From: an uncultured delta proteobacterium
Lineage (GTDB): Bacteria; Myxococcota; Myxococcia; Myxococcales; Myxococcaceae
Direction of reading: 5' to 3'
NCBI GenBank assembly: GCA_963713045.1
Contig: CAVQKE010000001.1
Span: forward strand, 352,001 to 416,000
DNA: 64,000 nucleotides
Shown piece by piece: positions 38,599 through 49,465 of the stretch. Under the pieces are notes generated by a model. It saw nothing but the letters and a program-made list of their open reading frames with translations, ran no database searches and was not told the DNA's origin. Position 1 is the first letter of the stretch; each line of letters starts with the position of its first letter. The translations under genes and the position numbers were made by a program.

Positions 38599-40834
38599 TG
38601 CGCTTCAGGCCCACCTGGGAGAAGCTGACGGTGAGTTTGGCGTTGGGGCCACTGCCATCGCACGCCACCACCTCCCCTTCGCCGAACTGCGCGTGTCGTA
38701 CCCGCAACCCCACCACCGAGTCGCTGTCGAAACCTTCTGTCTGCTGGCCGTAGCTCCGGTCGATGCGCGGTCCATCGTCGTCGTAGGGCCGGCGTCGGGA
38801 CGACGTGGAGTGGGAGGTGGACGGCGCGGTGGGCAGCTGGCGTTGCACGTCGAAAAGTTCCTGCGGGACATCGCGGAGAAAACGCGAGGGGGGATTGAAG
38901 CGCAGCTCGCCGAAAAGGCTTCGAGCCTGGGCCAGCGACAGAAAGAGGCGCTTGCGAGCTCGGGTAAAGCCGACGTAGCACAGCCGGCGCTCCTCACTCA
39001 TCTCCTCGCCGTCCCCAAATTCCTCCAACGCCCGGTTGTGGGGAAAGACGCCCTCCTCCATCCCCGGAAGGAAGACGGCATCGAATTCGAGGCCCTTGGC
39101 GGCATGCAGCGTCATCAGCGAGACGCGGCCCTCCTGCGCTTGCCCGTCTGCCTCTGCCACCAGCGAGATTTGCTCAAGAAAGGCCTGCAGCGGAGGGACC
39201 TCCGCCGCCAGCTGCTCAGCCGAGGGCGCCGGACGGGCCCCGCGCTCCAGGTCAAACTCCTGGGCTGCCCCGAGAAACTCGCGCAGGTTCTCGGCGCGCG
39301 TTTCGGACTCGACCGAGGCCTCGCTGAGGAGCGCCTCCACCAGCTTGGTCTCAGAGAGCATCAACTCCACCGCGCTGGCTGCGCTCGGAGCCTCCGGCCC
39401 AAAGGCGACCAGGATTTGCAGCAGCTCTCGAAAGCTGCGCAACCGCTTCTGGGCGGTGGCATTCAGGCTTTGGATGTGTTCCACCTCGGCCAACGCCTCG
39501 AAGAGGCTGACCCCTCGGTCTGCCGCCCAGGCGCTGAGACGGTCCTGGGTCGTGTCACCGATGGCGCGGGCCGGGGTGTTGATGATTCGCAACAGGTCAG
39601 CGTCGGACTTGGGATTGACCATCAAGCGGAGGTAAGCGGCCGCGTCCTTGACTTCGGCTCTCTCGTAGAAGCTTCTGCCGCTCACCAGGGTGTACGGGAC
39701 GCGGGCCAGCCGCAGCGCTTCCTCGAGCACTCGGCTCTGGGCATTCACCCGGAAGAAGACGGCCACGTCGGCGTAGGTGCACACGCCGTCGCGGACCAGG
39801 GCGTGGATACGACGGGCAATCTCGTGCGCCTCCTCGCGCTCGTCTCGGCTGATGAGCAGCGCCAGCGGCTCGCCGCGCTGCCTTTCGGTCCAGAGGCGCT
39901 TCGGCATGCGGTGCTGGTTCTTGGCGATGACGGCGTTGGCGGCGTCGAGAATTATCTGGTCACTGCGGTAATTCTGCTCGAGCTTGACGATGGTCGCGCC
40001 GGTGTATTCCTCGGGGAAGCGCAGGATGTTGCCCACGTCCGCGCCGCGCCAGCGGTAGATGGACTGGTCGTCGTCTCCAACCACCACCAGGTTGGCCGAA
40101 GGGGGTGGCGCCAGCTGGTGGAGCAGCTCCATTTGCACCGCGTTGGTGTCCTGAAACTCGTCCACCAAGACATGCTGGAAGCGACCGGCATAATAGGAAC
40201 GCGTTTCTTCGTTCTCCCGAAACAGTTGAACCAGCAGCAGGAGCAAGTCCCCGAAGTCCACCGCGTTGGCCGCCCGGAGCAGCCGCTGGTAGGCGCGGTA
40301 GGCGCGCTGCACCGCCAATCCGCGGTAGTCGGTTGGGTCCGTCGCTTCCACCGCCGGCAGGCGGCCGGCATTCTTCTCGACGTCGATGCGGTGCAGCACC
40401 TCGCGCGGGTTGATGACTGGGTCGATGCGCTCCTCCCGCATCGCCCGCTTCACCAGGGAAAGCTGGTCGGCGTCGTCGTAAATGACGAAGGAGCGTGTCA
40501 GGCCGACCTTTTCGGCCTCGCGGCGCAAGATGGTGGCCGCCGAGGCGTGGAAGGTGGATACCGTCAAATCGCCCGCCCAAGGGCCCAGCAGTCCAAAGAG
40601 TCGCTCGCGCATCTCTCGGGCTGCCTTGTTGGTGAAGGTGACGGCCAGAATGCGCCACGGCTTGACGCGCCGGGCGAGGACCAGGTGCGCCACCCGCCGG
40701 GTAATGACGCGCGTCTTGCCCGAGCCGGCGCCGGCCAGGACAAGCAGCGGCCCCTCAGGGGCCAACACCGCCTCCCGCTGGGGCGGGTTGAGGTCGACCA
40801 GCAATTCTTCGGGACTGGAAACCGGAGACGGCAC
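38570..40834 (-). CDS. pcrA: ATP-dependent DNA helicase PcrA/UvrD
   Basis: AGAGSGKT, TFTNKAA, DEFQD, GDDDQSIY, NYRS, HAAKGLEF, YVGFTRA, C-terminal Tudor-like domain. Start GTG 40834 or ATG 40858. Confidence 0.95.
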   Translation of the reverse strand: MPSPVSSPEELLVDLNPPQREAVLAPEGPLLVLAGAGSGKTRVITRRVAHLVLARRVKPWRILAVTFTNKAAREMRERLFGLLGPWAGDLTVSTFHASAATILRREAEKVGLTRSFVIYDDADQLSLVKRAMREERIDPVINPREVLHRIDVEKNAGRLPAVEATDPTDYRGLAVQRAYRAYQRLLRAANAVDFGDLLLLLVQLFRENEETRSYYAGRFQHVLVDEFQDTNAVQMELLHQLAPPPSANLVVVGDDDQSIYRWRGADVGNILRFPEEYTGATIVKLEQNYRSDQIILDAANAVIAKNQHRMPKRLWTERQRGEPLALLISRDEREEAHEIARRIHALVRDGVCTYADVAVFFRVNAQSRVLEEALRLARVPYTLVSGRSFYERAEVKDAAAYLRLMVNPKSDADLLRIINTPARAIGDTTQDRLSAWAADRGVSLFEALAEVEHIQSLNATAQKRLRSFRELLQILVAFGPEAPSAASAVELMLSETKLVEALLSEASVESETRAENLREFLGAAQEFDLERGARPAPSAEQLAAEVPPLQAFLEQISLVAEADGQAQEGRVSLMTLHAAKGLEFDAVFLPGMEEGVFPHNRALEEFGDGEEMSEERRLCYVGFTRARKRLFLSLAQARSLFGELRFNPPSRFLRDVPQELFDVQRQLPTAPSTSHSTSSRRRPYDDDGPRIDRSYGQQTEGFDSDSVVGLRVRHAQFGEGEVVACDGSGPNAKLTVSFSQVGLKRIIARFLQPT

Positions 40835-40903
40835 GCTTGGGTGGACTCTTGTGCACATTGGGCAAGGCCGCGCAACCCGAGGGTAGAATCCCAAGCTGAG
40901 GCC

Positions 40904-41347
40904 ATGCACCCCTCTCCAACCTTGGAAGAGCTCGCTCAGGCGGCCGAGCGCCTCAACCGCAGCGCACCGCTGGCCCATGCCGGAATCCGCGTTCGCTTTC
41001 CCGCGCTCGACTTGGTGGTGGCTGACCTCCCTGAAGTTCGCGCCGAGCACCGTGGGGGCCTGGGGACGTCGGCCGTCAACGGCGGCGTCCTCGCTGCCGT
41101 CTTCGACTTGGTGACCGGTTGTACGGCGCTGCTGGTGGACCCGAGGCGCCCCAGTGCGACGGTGCAGCTGTCGATGAGTTTCGAGCGGCCGGTGCTCGGG
41201 GATTCCCTTCGGGCCGAGGGGCGGATTGACAGCCAGGGCCGGAGGACGCTGTTTGCCAGCGCGCGCATCCTCGATGAACGCGGCCAGGTGTGCGCTCGGT
41301 GCCAGGCCCTGGTGGCCCTGGCCCGCCTCCGTCCGGTGCCCCCTTGA
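40904..41347 (+). CDS. PaaI family thioesterase
   Basis: VNGGVLAAVFD, ATVQLSMSFERP hot-dog fold motifs. Confidence 0.85.
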   Translation: MHPSPTLEELAQAAERLNRSAPLAHAGIRVRFPALDLVVADLPEVRAEHRGGLGTSAVNGGVLAAVFDLVTGCTALLVDPRRPSATVQLSMSFERPVLGDSLRAEGRIDSQGRRTLFASARILDERGQVCARCQALVALARLRPVPP

Positions 41348-41375
41348 GGCAGCGAGCGTCCAAGGACTTCCACCG

Positions 41376-41810
41376 GTGAGCCGGCAGCTCGCACTGGGCG
41401 GACAGCCAGTGCTGGTGTCCGGTTGGACCGAAGCGCTGCGCGTGGTGGAGGAGCACCCACACCTCAATCGCCTGCTTCTGGTGGAGGCCCGCGTCGAGGA
41501 GCCGGGGCTGGCGCCGCTGTTGCGCTCGGCGGCGATGCGGGGCTGCGCGTTGGTGGTGGTGTTGGGCCCGGGCGCGGAGCAGGTGGTGCGGGAGGCGGAC
41601 GCGGTGCTGGACACTGTGGCCCGAGAGGGACAACCGATTGCCACCTCCTGGCACGACCCAGAGAGGGAGCCGGAGGCGGCGTTGGACGCCTTTGGCCTGT
41701 TCAGCACCTGGGTCGGCGGCGCTCCCGGCATTCCCCTGTTGGTGACGGGCGACGCGGGGCTGGACAGCATCCTCGACGCAGCGCGGACCCTCCACGGCCG
41801 GCCTCGGTGA
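41376..41810 (+). CDS. Hypothetical protein
   Basis: Fills the gap on the same strand with GC3-biased codons; ATSWHD motif; probable GTG start. Confidence 0.55.
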   Translation: MSRQLALGGQPVLVSGWTEALRVVEEHPHLNRLLLVEARVEEPGLAPLLRSAAMRGCALVVVLGPGAEQVVREADAVLDTVAREGQPIATSWHDPEREPEAALDAFGLFSTWVGGAPGIPLLVTGDAGLDSILDAARTLHGRPR

Positions 41811-41880
41811 CAGGCCGTGCATCGGCCCCCCGGTGGGCTGCCACACACGGCGGAGGCGGGTACAGTCGCCATCGCGCACG

Positions 41881-42372
41881 GTGAAAGTCGACCTCCGAAG
41901 AGCCACGCCAGAGGACGCCGCGGCCCTGTGGAGGCTCTTCTCTGCCATTTTTGCCGAAGGCACGACGTACGCCTCGGACGAGCAGACCAGTGAGGCGAGC
42001 TTCCTTCAGGACTGGTTCGGCCGGGGCGGCGAACAGTGGGTGGCCGAATCGGAGGGCCGCTTCTTGGGAGCCTATACCCTGCGCGCCAACCAGCCCGGCC
42101 GGGGAGCCCACGTCGCCACCGCGTCGTACGGCGTCGATGCGGCAGGCCGGGGGCTTGGCGTCGGCCGCGCCTTGGGCAGCCACTCCATTGAAAGGGCCCG
42201 CGCGCTCGGCTACGTGGCCATCCAATTCAACTTCGTGGTGGCCACCAACGCCTCGGCCGTCCGCCTCTGGAAGGGCCTCGGCTTCCAGGTCCTGGCAACC
42301 TTGCCCGGCGCCTTCCGGCATCGCGTCCAGGGGCCAGTCGACGCCTACGTCATGTGGCGAAGCCTGGGGTGA
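41881..42372 (+). CDS. GNAT N-acetyltransferase
   Basis: GRGAHVA, GRGLGVG, FNFVVATN..AVRLW..LGF. Confidence 0.9.
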   Translation: MKVDLRRATPEDAAALWRLFSAIFAEGTTYASDEQTSEASFLQDWFGRGGEQWVAESEGRFLGAYTLRANQPGRGAHVATASYGVDAAGRGLGVGRALGSHSIERARALGYVAIQFNFVVATNASAVRLWKGLGFQVLATLPGAFRHRVQGPVDAYVMWRSLG

Positions 42373-42417
42373 AAGACTTTTCACGCCGCCGCCTGGCCGT
42401 TATGGGCGCTCCCCGCG

Positions 42418-43707
42418 ATGAGTGACCGACAGAAGGCGCCACTCCACTACAGCTGGATTGTCGCTGGGACGACGTTCCTCACCCTGTTGTGCGCCGCCGC
42501 CGTCCGGGCCACGCCCAGCATCCTCATCGTGCCTTTGGAGGAGGCCTTCGGCTGGTCGCGGGCCGTCATCTCCTCGGCCGTCTCCATCAACCTCCTCCTC
42601 TACGGCTTGATGGGGCCCTTCGCCGCAGCGTTGATGGAGCGGTTCGGCATTCGCCGAGTGGTGGTCACCTCGCTGTGCCTCATCTGTCTCGGGGTGGCGC
42701 TGACCAGACAGATGACCCAGCCCTGGCAACTCCTCTTGTGCTGGGGGGTGCTGGTGGGGCTCGGTACCGGCACCACCGCCACCGTGCTGGGCGCCACCGT
42801 GGTGGCCCGTTGGTTCCACCAGCGCCGTGGGCTGGTGATGGGCGTTCTCACCGCCGCCACCGCCACCGGGCAGCTCATTTTTCTGCCGGTGCTCGCCTCG
42901 CTGGTGCAGAGACGGGGTTGGCAGGCCGTGCCCACGGCCGTGGCCGCTGTCCTGGCCGGCGTCATTCCCCTGGTGTTGCTCACCATGCGCGACCGGCCAG
43001 CGGACGTGGGCCTCAAGGCCTATGGGGCGCCGGCCGGCAGCGCGGAGCCTCCGCGCTCAGGCCGCTCGCCCATCCTTACCGCGCTGGCGGTGCTGAAGAA
43101 GGGCTCGCGCAGCCGGGACTTCTGGCTTCTCTTTGCCAGCTTCTTCGTCTGTGGGGCCACCACCAACGGGCTGGTGGGAACGCACCTCGTCCCGGCGTGC
43201 ATGGACCACGGCATTCCTGAAGTGCGCGCCGCGGGACTGCTCGCGTTGATGGGCGTCTTCGACCTCATCGGCACCACCGCCTCCGGCTGGCTCTCGGACC
43301 GGCGAGACAGCCGGTGGCTGCTGTTTTGGTACTACGGCCTCCGGGGGCTGTCGCTGCTCTTCCTACCCTATGCCTTTCAGCTGTCCGAAGGCGCGCTCGC
43401 CGTGTTCGCGATTTTCTACGGCCTCGACTGGATTGCCACCGTTCCCCCGACCCTGAAGCTCACCACCGACGTCTTCGGACCGCAGGAGGCCCCGGTGGCC
43501 TTCGGCTGGATTTTTGCCGGCCATCAAATTGGGGCCAGCTTCGGCGCCCTCAGTGCCGGCATCATCCGCACCTCGACTGCCACCTACACCCTGGCCTTCC
43601 TCGCGGCCGGCGTCTTCTGCCTGGTGGCCGCGGTGCTGGTGCTGCGCATCGCCCGCTGGAAGACCCCCATCGGAGAAGCTGTCTCCTCGGTGGCCTCAGC
43701 CGCCTGA
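42418..43707 (+). CDS. MFS transporter
   Basis: About 12 TM; MERFGIRR and GWLSDRR motif A copies; WFHQRRGL. Confidence 0.92.
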   Translation: MSDRQKAPLHYSWIVAGTTFLTLLCAAAVRATPSILIVPLEEAFGWSRAVISSAVSINLLLYGLMGPFAAALMERFGIRRVVVTSLCLICLGVALTRQMTQPWQLLLCWGVLVGLGTGTTATVLGATVVARWFHQRRGLVMGVLTAATATGQLIFLPVLASLVQRRGWQAVPTAVAAVLAGVIPLVLLTMRDRPADVGLKAYGAPAGSAEPPRSGRSPILTALAVLKKGSRSRDFWLLFASFFVCGATTNGLVGTHLVPACMDHGIPEVRAAGLLALMGVFDLIGTTASGWLSDRRDSRWLLFWYYGLRGLSLLFLPYAFQLSEGALAVFAIFYGLDWIATVPPTLKLTTDVFGPQEAPVAFGWIFAGHQIGASFGALSAGIIRTSTATYTLAFLAAGVFCLVAAVLVLRIARWKTPIGEAVSSVASAA

Positions 43708-43735
43708 CACCGGCGCCCGCTAAGGTGACTTCAGC

Positions 43736-45379
43736 GTGGCGCGCATCGTCCCCTTGGGAGGCCTTGGTGAAATCGGCCTCAACGCCATGGTCTTCGAAGT
43801 CGGCGGCGAGCGCCTCCTGGTGGACGCCGGGCTGATGTTTCCCGGGCCGGAATTCCCCGGCGTCGACATCCTGGTCCCCGACTTCAGCTACCTTTTGGAG
43901 GGCACCGCGCCCCTCACCGGCCTGGTGCTGACCCACGCCCACGAAGACCACATCGGCGCCGTCGCGCACCTGCTTCGTCAGCTGCAAGTTCCCGTCTACG
44001 GGACACGCCTCACCTTGGGCATGCTGGCCCAGCGGCTGGACGAGGCGGGGGTGGAGGCGGAGCTCCACGAAATGTCTCCCGGCGAGCGCTTCCGCGTCGG
44101 AAGCCGTTTCGACGTCGAAGCCTTCCGGGTTGCGCATTCGTTGCCGGACGCGGTGGGCCTCGCGCTGCACACGCCCCAGGGGGCGCTGGTCCACACCGGA
44201 GACTTCAAGCTTGACGACGTACCGCTCGACGGACGTCCGACGGACCTCCAGCGTCTGGGCCAGCTTGGCGACGAGGGGGTGCTGTGCCTCTTCAGCGACT
44301 CCACCAACGCTGAAGTGGAAGGGGAGACACCCCCCGAGCGGGTGGTGGCCGAGACGTTCGCGCGGCTGATTCCCGCGGCGCCGGGACGGGTGCTGGTGGC
44401 GATGTTCGCCTCGCAGCTGCACCGGGTGCAGCACCTATTCGACTTGTGCCACCGCACTGGGCGGCGGGTGGTGCTTGCCGGCCGGGCCATGGCCCGCAAC
44501 GTGGACTTGGCCAACCGCCTCGGCTACCTGCGCGTCCCGGAGGGGCTATTGGCCGAGGCCGAGCAAGGCGCCTCGCTTCCGGCGGAGCGGGTGTGCATCC
44601 TCACCACCGGCGCACAGGGCGAGCCGCTCGCTGCCCTCAGCCAAATGCTGCAGCCGGAGGCGGCGCCGCTTCGGGTGCGGGCCGGCGACACCGTGCTGGT
44701 CTCGGCCCGCACCATCCCGGGCAATGAACGCGCGGTCCACGCGCTGCTCGACGGACTGATTGCAACCGGCGCGCAGGTGCTGCACGCCGAGATTGAACCG
44801 GGCCTCCACGTTTCCGGCCACGCGGCCCGCGCCCAGCAGCAACGGGTGTTGGAGTTGGTTCGCCCGCGCGCCTTCGTCCCCATCCACGGTGAGTTGCGTC
44901 AGCTGGCGGCGCACTTGCAGTTGGCCCGCTTGGCGAATGTGCCGGCAGACCAGCGCCTGCTGGTGCGAGACGGAGAGGTGCTCGACTTCGTCTCGGGGCA
45001 GGGCCGCCTGGTGGGCACCACGCAGGTGGGACGAATTGCACTGGGCCGCGGCGGGGGTGGCGCGGTGTCCAGCGAGTCGCTGGCCGACCGCCGCCGGTTG
45101 GCCCAAGGTGGCGTGGTGGCAGCGGCAGTGGTGTTGGCTGCCGACCGCCGCACCTTTGCCGCACCGCCCAAACTTTCCGGCCGGGGCCTCACCCGCGAGG
45201 AAGAATTGCTTCTGGAGGGCGCGGTGGGGGACGTCCAGGCGCTGCTGGAGGAGGTCAGCCCTGCCCTCCGGGCGGACGACGCCTGGCTGCGGGAGGAGGT
45301 GGTCCGGGTGGTCCGGCGAGTTTTCCGGGAACGGACGGGACGGCGCCCTGCGGTGGTGCCCCTCGTCTTCAAGCTCTGA
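43736..45379 (+). CDS. rnj: Ribonuclease J
   Basis: PLGGLGEIG, THAHEDHIG, HTGDFK, DSTNA, GAQGEP, HVSGHA, PIHGE. Confidence 0.95.
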   Translation: MARIVPLGGLGEIGLNAMVFEVGGERLLVDAGLMFPGPEFPGVDILVPDFSYLLEGTAPLTGLVLTHAHEDHIGAVAHLLRQLQVPVYGTRLTLGMLAQRLDEAGVEAELHEMSPGERFRVGSRFDVEAFRVAHSLPDAVGLALHTPQGALVHTGDFKLDDVPLDGRPTDLQRLGQLGDEGVLCLFSDSTNAEVEGETPPERVVAETFARLIPAAPGRVLVAMFASQLHRVQHLFDLCHRTGRRVVLAGRAMARNVDLANRLGYLRVPEGLLAEAEQGASLPAERVCILTTGAQGEPLAALSQMLQPEAAPLRVRAGDTVLVSARTIPGNERAVHALLDGLIATGAQVLHAEIEPGLHVSGHAARAQQQRVLELVRPRAFVPIHGELRQLAAHLQLARLANVPADQRLLVRDGEVLDFVSGQGRLVGTTQVGRIALGRGGGGAVSSESLADRRRLAQGGVVAAAVVLAADRRTFAAPPKLSGRGLTREEELLLEGAVGDVQALLEEVSPALRADDAWLREEVVRVVRRVFRERTGRRPAVVPLVFKL

Positions 45380-45440
45380 TAGAAGCCTCCGGCCCTGGGG
45401 TGGTGACGCTTCAGCCCCCTGAATTCCTTGCCCTTCTGTC

Positions 45441-46556
45441 TTGATGGTCCCTCTGCCCACTGCCCTGCTGGTCGCGGCTTTCGCGCTCGCCTCTGCTGCC
45501 GTCCCTCCTCACGAGGAACCGTTTGTCCGAAAGCTGACCGAGCTTTCGCGCCGCCCGCGCATGGATGGAGACGCACGGGACTTGCTGGGCGCGACGCCAG
45601 TGCTTGCCCGAGCGGCGGGCGACCACACTGCAGGCCTGAACGTCCGCGCCGGCGTCTTCGGCGACACCCTCTACCTGGGGCTGGACGTCACCTGGGAAGC
45701 TGCCTTCGACGCCTCTGCCCTCACCCTGGGGCTGCATTCGCCGGAGGCCGGCGTCGCCGCCCCGGGCCACCTTTTCCACCTCGGCCCGGACGGCAAGCGC
45801 CCCTCAGCGGCCGAGGAAGCTCCCAGCTATGCGCAGTCTGCCCTGGAGGCGGTCGCGGTGCGCACGCCGCACGGGATGGCAGTCGAGGTTGCACTTCCGC
45901 CGCTGTCGCTGCCGCGTCTGCCAGCGCACGGGCCGGTGCTTCTCGAATTGTGCGTCGCCGCCGGCGCGGCGGACGCCAATGGCCCACCCCCCCCACAGCG
46001 CCTCAGCGCTTGTCCGGCCGGGGCGCCGCCACCGGCCCGCCTGGAGTTGCCGGAATCGCTGTTGTCCGCCATCCGGCAGCACGTGCCGCCCGAAGTGGTG
46101 GCCCTCGAAGCGAGGCCGGGAGGCTGGGTGGGATTTGGCGAGCGCGTGGACCCGCGGTGGATTTTCGCCGACAAGCCGCTGACAGTGCCTGGGCTTCGGG
46201 CCCTGGTCAGTGACGCCTCACTCGACCCGGCTGCCCTGCGCCTCTACATTCCAGACCGGATGACGCTGCCGGATGGCGGCGCCGTCCTGGCCGTCCTCAC
46301 CGGGCTCGACCCGTTCGACAACGCCGAGGACGCCTGCTCGCCGGACCGCGAGGTCCGCTTTCTTCTCTACCGGGTGAAGGGCCGCGTCGGGGAGCGCGTT
46401 TTGGACTGGCCGGCCCGGAGCTGCGCCCTGGGACGGGCCCTTTCGGTGTCCTTGGACGCGAGCGGTGAATTGACGGTGGGCTACTCCAGCGGCGCCACGG
46501 TGCGCTTCATCTGGAGTCATGACCACTTCGAAAGGACGGAGTACGGAAGGCGATGA
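45441..46556 (+). CDS. Secreted hypothetical protein with possible DOMON/CBM9-like N-domain
   Basis: Signal peptide; LYLGLDVT and VEVALP strands; ATGA overlap with rimO. Confidence 0.55.
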   Translation: MMVPLPTALLVAAFALASAAVPPHEEPFVRKLTELSRRPRMDGDARDLLGATPVLARAAGDHTAGLNVRAGVFGDTLYLGLDVTWEAAFDASALTLGLHSPEAGVAAPGHLFHLGPDGKRPSAAEEAPSYAQSALEAVAVRTPHGMAVEVALPPLSLPRLPAHGPVLLELCVAAGAADANGPPPPQRLSACPAGAPPPARLELPESLLSAIRQHVPPEVVALEARPGGWVGFGERVDPRWIFADKPLTVPGLRALVSDASLDPAALRLYIPDRMTLPDGGAVLAVLTGLDPFDNAEDACSPDREVRFLLYRVKGRVGERVLDWPARSCALGRALSVSLDASGELTVGYSSGATVRFIWSHDHFERTEYGRR

Positions 46557-47956
46557 AGAACGAAGTCAAAGCTTTGTACATGCAGACGCTGGGGTGCCCC
46601 AAAAACCGGGTCGACTCCGAAGTCATGCTGGGGACGCTGACCCAGCGGGGCTACTGGCTGGTGGATGACCCGGCCCGGGCCGACGTCATCGTCGTCAACA
46701 CCTGCGCCTTCATCGGGCCAGCAAAGCAGGAATCCATCGACTCCATCCTCGAATTGGCCGAATACAAGAAGACTGGCCAGTGCGGCACCCTGGTGGTCAC
46801 CGGGTGTCTGTCCCAGCGTTATGCGCCGCAGCTCGCGCGGGACATGCCGGAGGTGGACCACTTCCTGGGCACGTCGGCCTACGTGCAGCTGGGGGACTTG
46901 CTGGCGGCCGAGGCCGCCCCCCGACAGCTGATTCCCGACCCGGACTACATCCACAACGCGCGGACGCCCAAACTCAACTCCAGCCCGAAGTACACGGCCT
47001 ACCTCAAAATCGCCGAAGGCTGCGACAACGCCTGCGCCTTCTGCATCATCCCCACCTTGCGCGGAGCTCAGCGCTCCAGGCCCATCGACGACTTGCTGGA
47101 GGAGGCTCAGGCGCTGGCCAGCTCCGGGGTCCGCGAGCTCAACCTGGTCGCGCAAGACCTCACCGCCTACGGGCACGACCTCCCCGACCGGCCCAAGCTG
47201 CACCAACTCCTCCAGGAATTGTGCGCGGTGGACGTCCGGTGGATTCGGCTGCACTACGCCTACCCACGGGTGTTTCCCGATGAGCTGATTGACGTGCTGG
47301 CCAACCAGCCGAAGGTGGCCAAGTACCTGGACATGCCGCTCCAGCACGCCTCGGACCGTCTGCTGAAGTCGATGCGCCGCGGGCGCGACCGCGCCTTCCT
47401 CGAGGCGCTGGTGGCAAAAATTCGCTCCCGGGTGCCTGGACTCACCTTCCGCACCTCTCTCATCGCCGGGCTTCCTGGTGAGAAGGAGGAGGATTTTGAG
47501 GAACTCAAGGCCTTCGTCCGCACCATGCGCTTCGAGCGGATGGGGTGCTTTCAGTACTCCGACGAGGAGGGGACGGCCGCCTTCCACTTACCGGACAAGG
47601 TGCCCCAGGCCGTCATTGAAAGGCGCTGGCGCGAGGTGATGGCGCTTCAGAAGCGCATCAACCGCGAGCAGAACCGGGCCCTTCTCGGCAAGCGCCTCAC
47701 CGTCCTGGTGGAAGGCGCCAGCCCCGAAACCGAGCACCTGTTGGTGGGCCGCCACGAGGGCCAAGCGCCGGAGATTGACGGGCAGGTGTACCTCAACGAT
47801 GGCTTTGCCTACCCGGGTGAATTCGTCACCGTGGAAGTCACCGAAGCCCACGACTACGACTTGGTGGGCCGCATTGTGGAGCGCCCGGAGCGGCCGCCCG
47901 GCGCCATCGCGCCCACCGGCACTGGCCTCGCGGCCCCAGGCGTCCGGGCCAGCTGA
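46553..47956 (+). CDS. rimO: Ribosomal protein S12 methylthiotransferase
   Basis: [25 protein letters not shown] radical SAM triad, APEIDG TRAM domain. Confidence 0.96.
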   Translation: MKNEVKALYMQTLGCPKNRVDSEVMLGTLTQRGYWLVDDPARADVIVVNTCAFIGPAKQESIDSILELAEYKKTGQCGTLVVTGCLSQRYAPQLARDMPEVDHFLGTSAYVQLGDLLAAEAAPRQLIPDPDYIHNARTPKLNSSPKYTAYLKIAEGCDNACAFCIIPTLRGAQRSRPIDDLLEEAQALASSGVRELNLVAQDLTAYGHDLPDRPKLHQLLQELCAVDVRWIRLHYAYPRVFPDELIDVLANQPKVAKYLDMPLQHASDRLLKSMRRGRDRAFLEALVAKIRSRVPGLTFRTSLIAGLPGEKEEDFEELKAFVRTMRFERMGCFQYSDEEGTAAFHLPDKVPQAVIERRWREVMALQKRINREQNRALLGKRLTVLVEGASPETEHLLVGRHEGQAPEIDGQVYLNDGFAYPGEFVTVEVTEAHDYDLVGRIVERPERPPGAIAPTGTGLAAPGVRAS

Positions 47957-47965
47957 GGGGGGGGT

Positions 47966-49465
47966 TCACCGCCGCCGGGGCGCCGGCGCCGGGTCGCTCG
48001 GCTCGGCGGCAGGTGGGCTGGCGGTGGGTGGGGGAGCGCGCACCGGAGGCCAGCCGGGCACCGGTCCCGAGCAGTGGCAGAGGGTGCGGCCCTTCGGCAC
48101 TTCCTCGGCGTAAAGACAAAAGCCGCTGCACGGCCTGGGGGCCGCGCCCGGTGTCAGCTCCCCCGTCCACGCCGGCACCGCGGCCACTTCCTTGGCGCAG
48201 TTGGGTAAGGCCTCTTCCAGCCCCGCCCAGGGAAGAGCCACCGCCAAGCTGTAGCCCGGGTCCTCCGGACCGAGAGTCAGGCCCACGCGGCAGCTGCTGA
48301 GTGCGGCGTGCACGGGCTCCAAACGCACCTGCCCGCCCTGGTCAAGCATCTGCCAGCTGCCGAAACGCACCACGGCGCCCCCTGGCGTGGATTCTGAGGA
48401 GAGATGCGTCCAGGACTGCGGCCCGCTGCCCTCCTCCGCCGGCGGCGGCCGCCGAAAGAGGACGAGTTGGTGGCCACGCAAGTCCACCAGGGCACGGAAG
48501 TGTCCCCAGCCGTCCGCCCCCAGCACACCCCACAACGCCGGAGGCGCCAGCGTCTCCTCGCCACCACCCTCCGGCGAGAGCGACTCCTCGCCCAGAATGG
48601 AGACGACGACGTGGCGAAGCACCCAGTTCGGCGCCAGCGCCAACCCCTTGGGGGCGAAGGCCGCCATGGGGATTCGCCCACCGACGTCCTTGCCGAAGTC
48701 GCGAAGCACCCAGTCCGGCGCCTTCGCCAGTTCCCTTGGGAAGGCCGCGGGGCCTGCCGAGGCTGGCCAACCCGGCGCGAGTCTTTGCCAACCGACGTCC
48801 TTGCCGAGGAGGGCCCTGCCGGCCGCGGCGGACACCTCCACGCCGTCGGAAGCCGTGGCAAGCACCATCGGCAGCGTCAGCGGGCTACCGACGGTGTCCA
48901 GCTGCACGGCCAGCGACGGGCGGTCCGTCCGTGGGTCCAAGGCCAGCTCCACCACCACCGACTCCTCGGTCAAAAACTTCGGCGGCGGCGGCATGGCACT
49001 GTGAAAGGCCACCGTCCTTCCGGCCGGGTCCACTTCCAGGACGAAGGCAATCAGAATCTCCGAGCCAAGGGTGACTTCGCAGCGCTCACCAGCATCCCGA
49101 AGCGCCCGAATGTCCCCCAGCATCCGGCCGCCGAGCTGCACTGCACTGGCCAGCACTTCCTCTTGCACCCGGGCGGCCGCCGGGCTGAGGCCAGCGTCGG
49201 GGGCGGCGACAGCCGAGGCGGTGTGGACGCGGGCCAACACTTCCGGCGGAGAGTCGAAGCACCCGTCCGTCACCCGGCTGTAGGGCTCCTCCACCGCCAG
49301 TCGGATGACGGCTTGGCGGCCGGCGACACTGCCGTCCACGGCCAGCGCCATCGACCAACCCGGCCGAAGCGGAAAACTCTGGCCAACCAGGCCGCGGGGC
49401 GTGAAGGGCGTCGTGTGGACGCACGCTGCCGCGGCCAGCAGCAGCCCGGCGAGGCGGCCCTTCAT
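47966..49465 (-). CDS. Lipoprotein, possible tandem retropepsin-like fold lacking catalytic Asp
   Basis: LLLAAAAC lipobox; two lobes ending TLGSEIL..F..EVD and GVLGAD.W..F..VD; ATGA overlap with lolA. Confidence 0.5.
   Translation of the reverse strand: MKGRLAGLLLAAAACVHTTPFTPRGLVGQSFPLRPGWSMALAVDGSVAGRQAVIRLAVEEPYSRVTDGCFDSPPEVLARVHTASAVAAPDAGLSPAAARVQEEVLASAVQLGGRMLGDIRALRDAGERCEVTLGSEILIAFVLEVDPAGRTVAFHSAMPPPPKFLTEESVVVELALDPRTDRPSLAVQLDTVGSPLTLPMVLATASDGVEVSAAAGRALLGKDVGWQRLAPGWPASAGPAAFPRELAKAPDWVLRDFGKDVGGRIPMAAFAPKGLALAPNWVLRHVVVSILGEESLSPEGGGEETLAPPALWGVLGADGWGHFRALVDLRGHQLVLFRRPPPAEEGSGPQSWTHLSSESTPGGAVVRFGSWQMLDQGGQVRLEPVHAALSSCRVGLTLGPEDPGYSLAVALPWAGLEEALPNCAKEVAAVPAWTGELTPGAAPRPCSGFCLYAEEVPKGRTLCHCSGPVPGWPPVRAPPPTASPPAAEPSDPAPAPRRR
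48614..48807. repeat. Imperfect in-frame tandem duplication inside the lipoprotein gene
   Basis: GCGAAGCACCCAGT.CGGCGCC at 48614 and 48701; ACCGACGTCCTTGCCGA at 48680 and 48791. Confidence 0.8.

Noticed and set aside
38090..41347. 1085-aa plus-strand ORF
   Set aside because: Antisense shadow of pcrA; only the last 147 codons (PaaI thioesterase) look real.
38570..41872. 1100-aa helicase with long N-extension
   Set aside because: The extension is antisense to two plus-strand genes; helicase homology begins near 40834.
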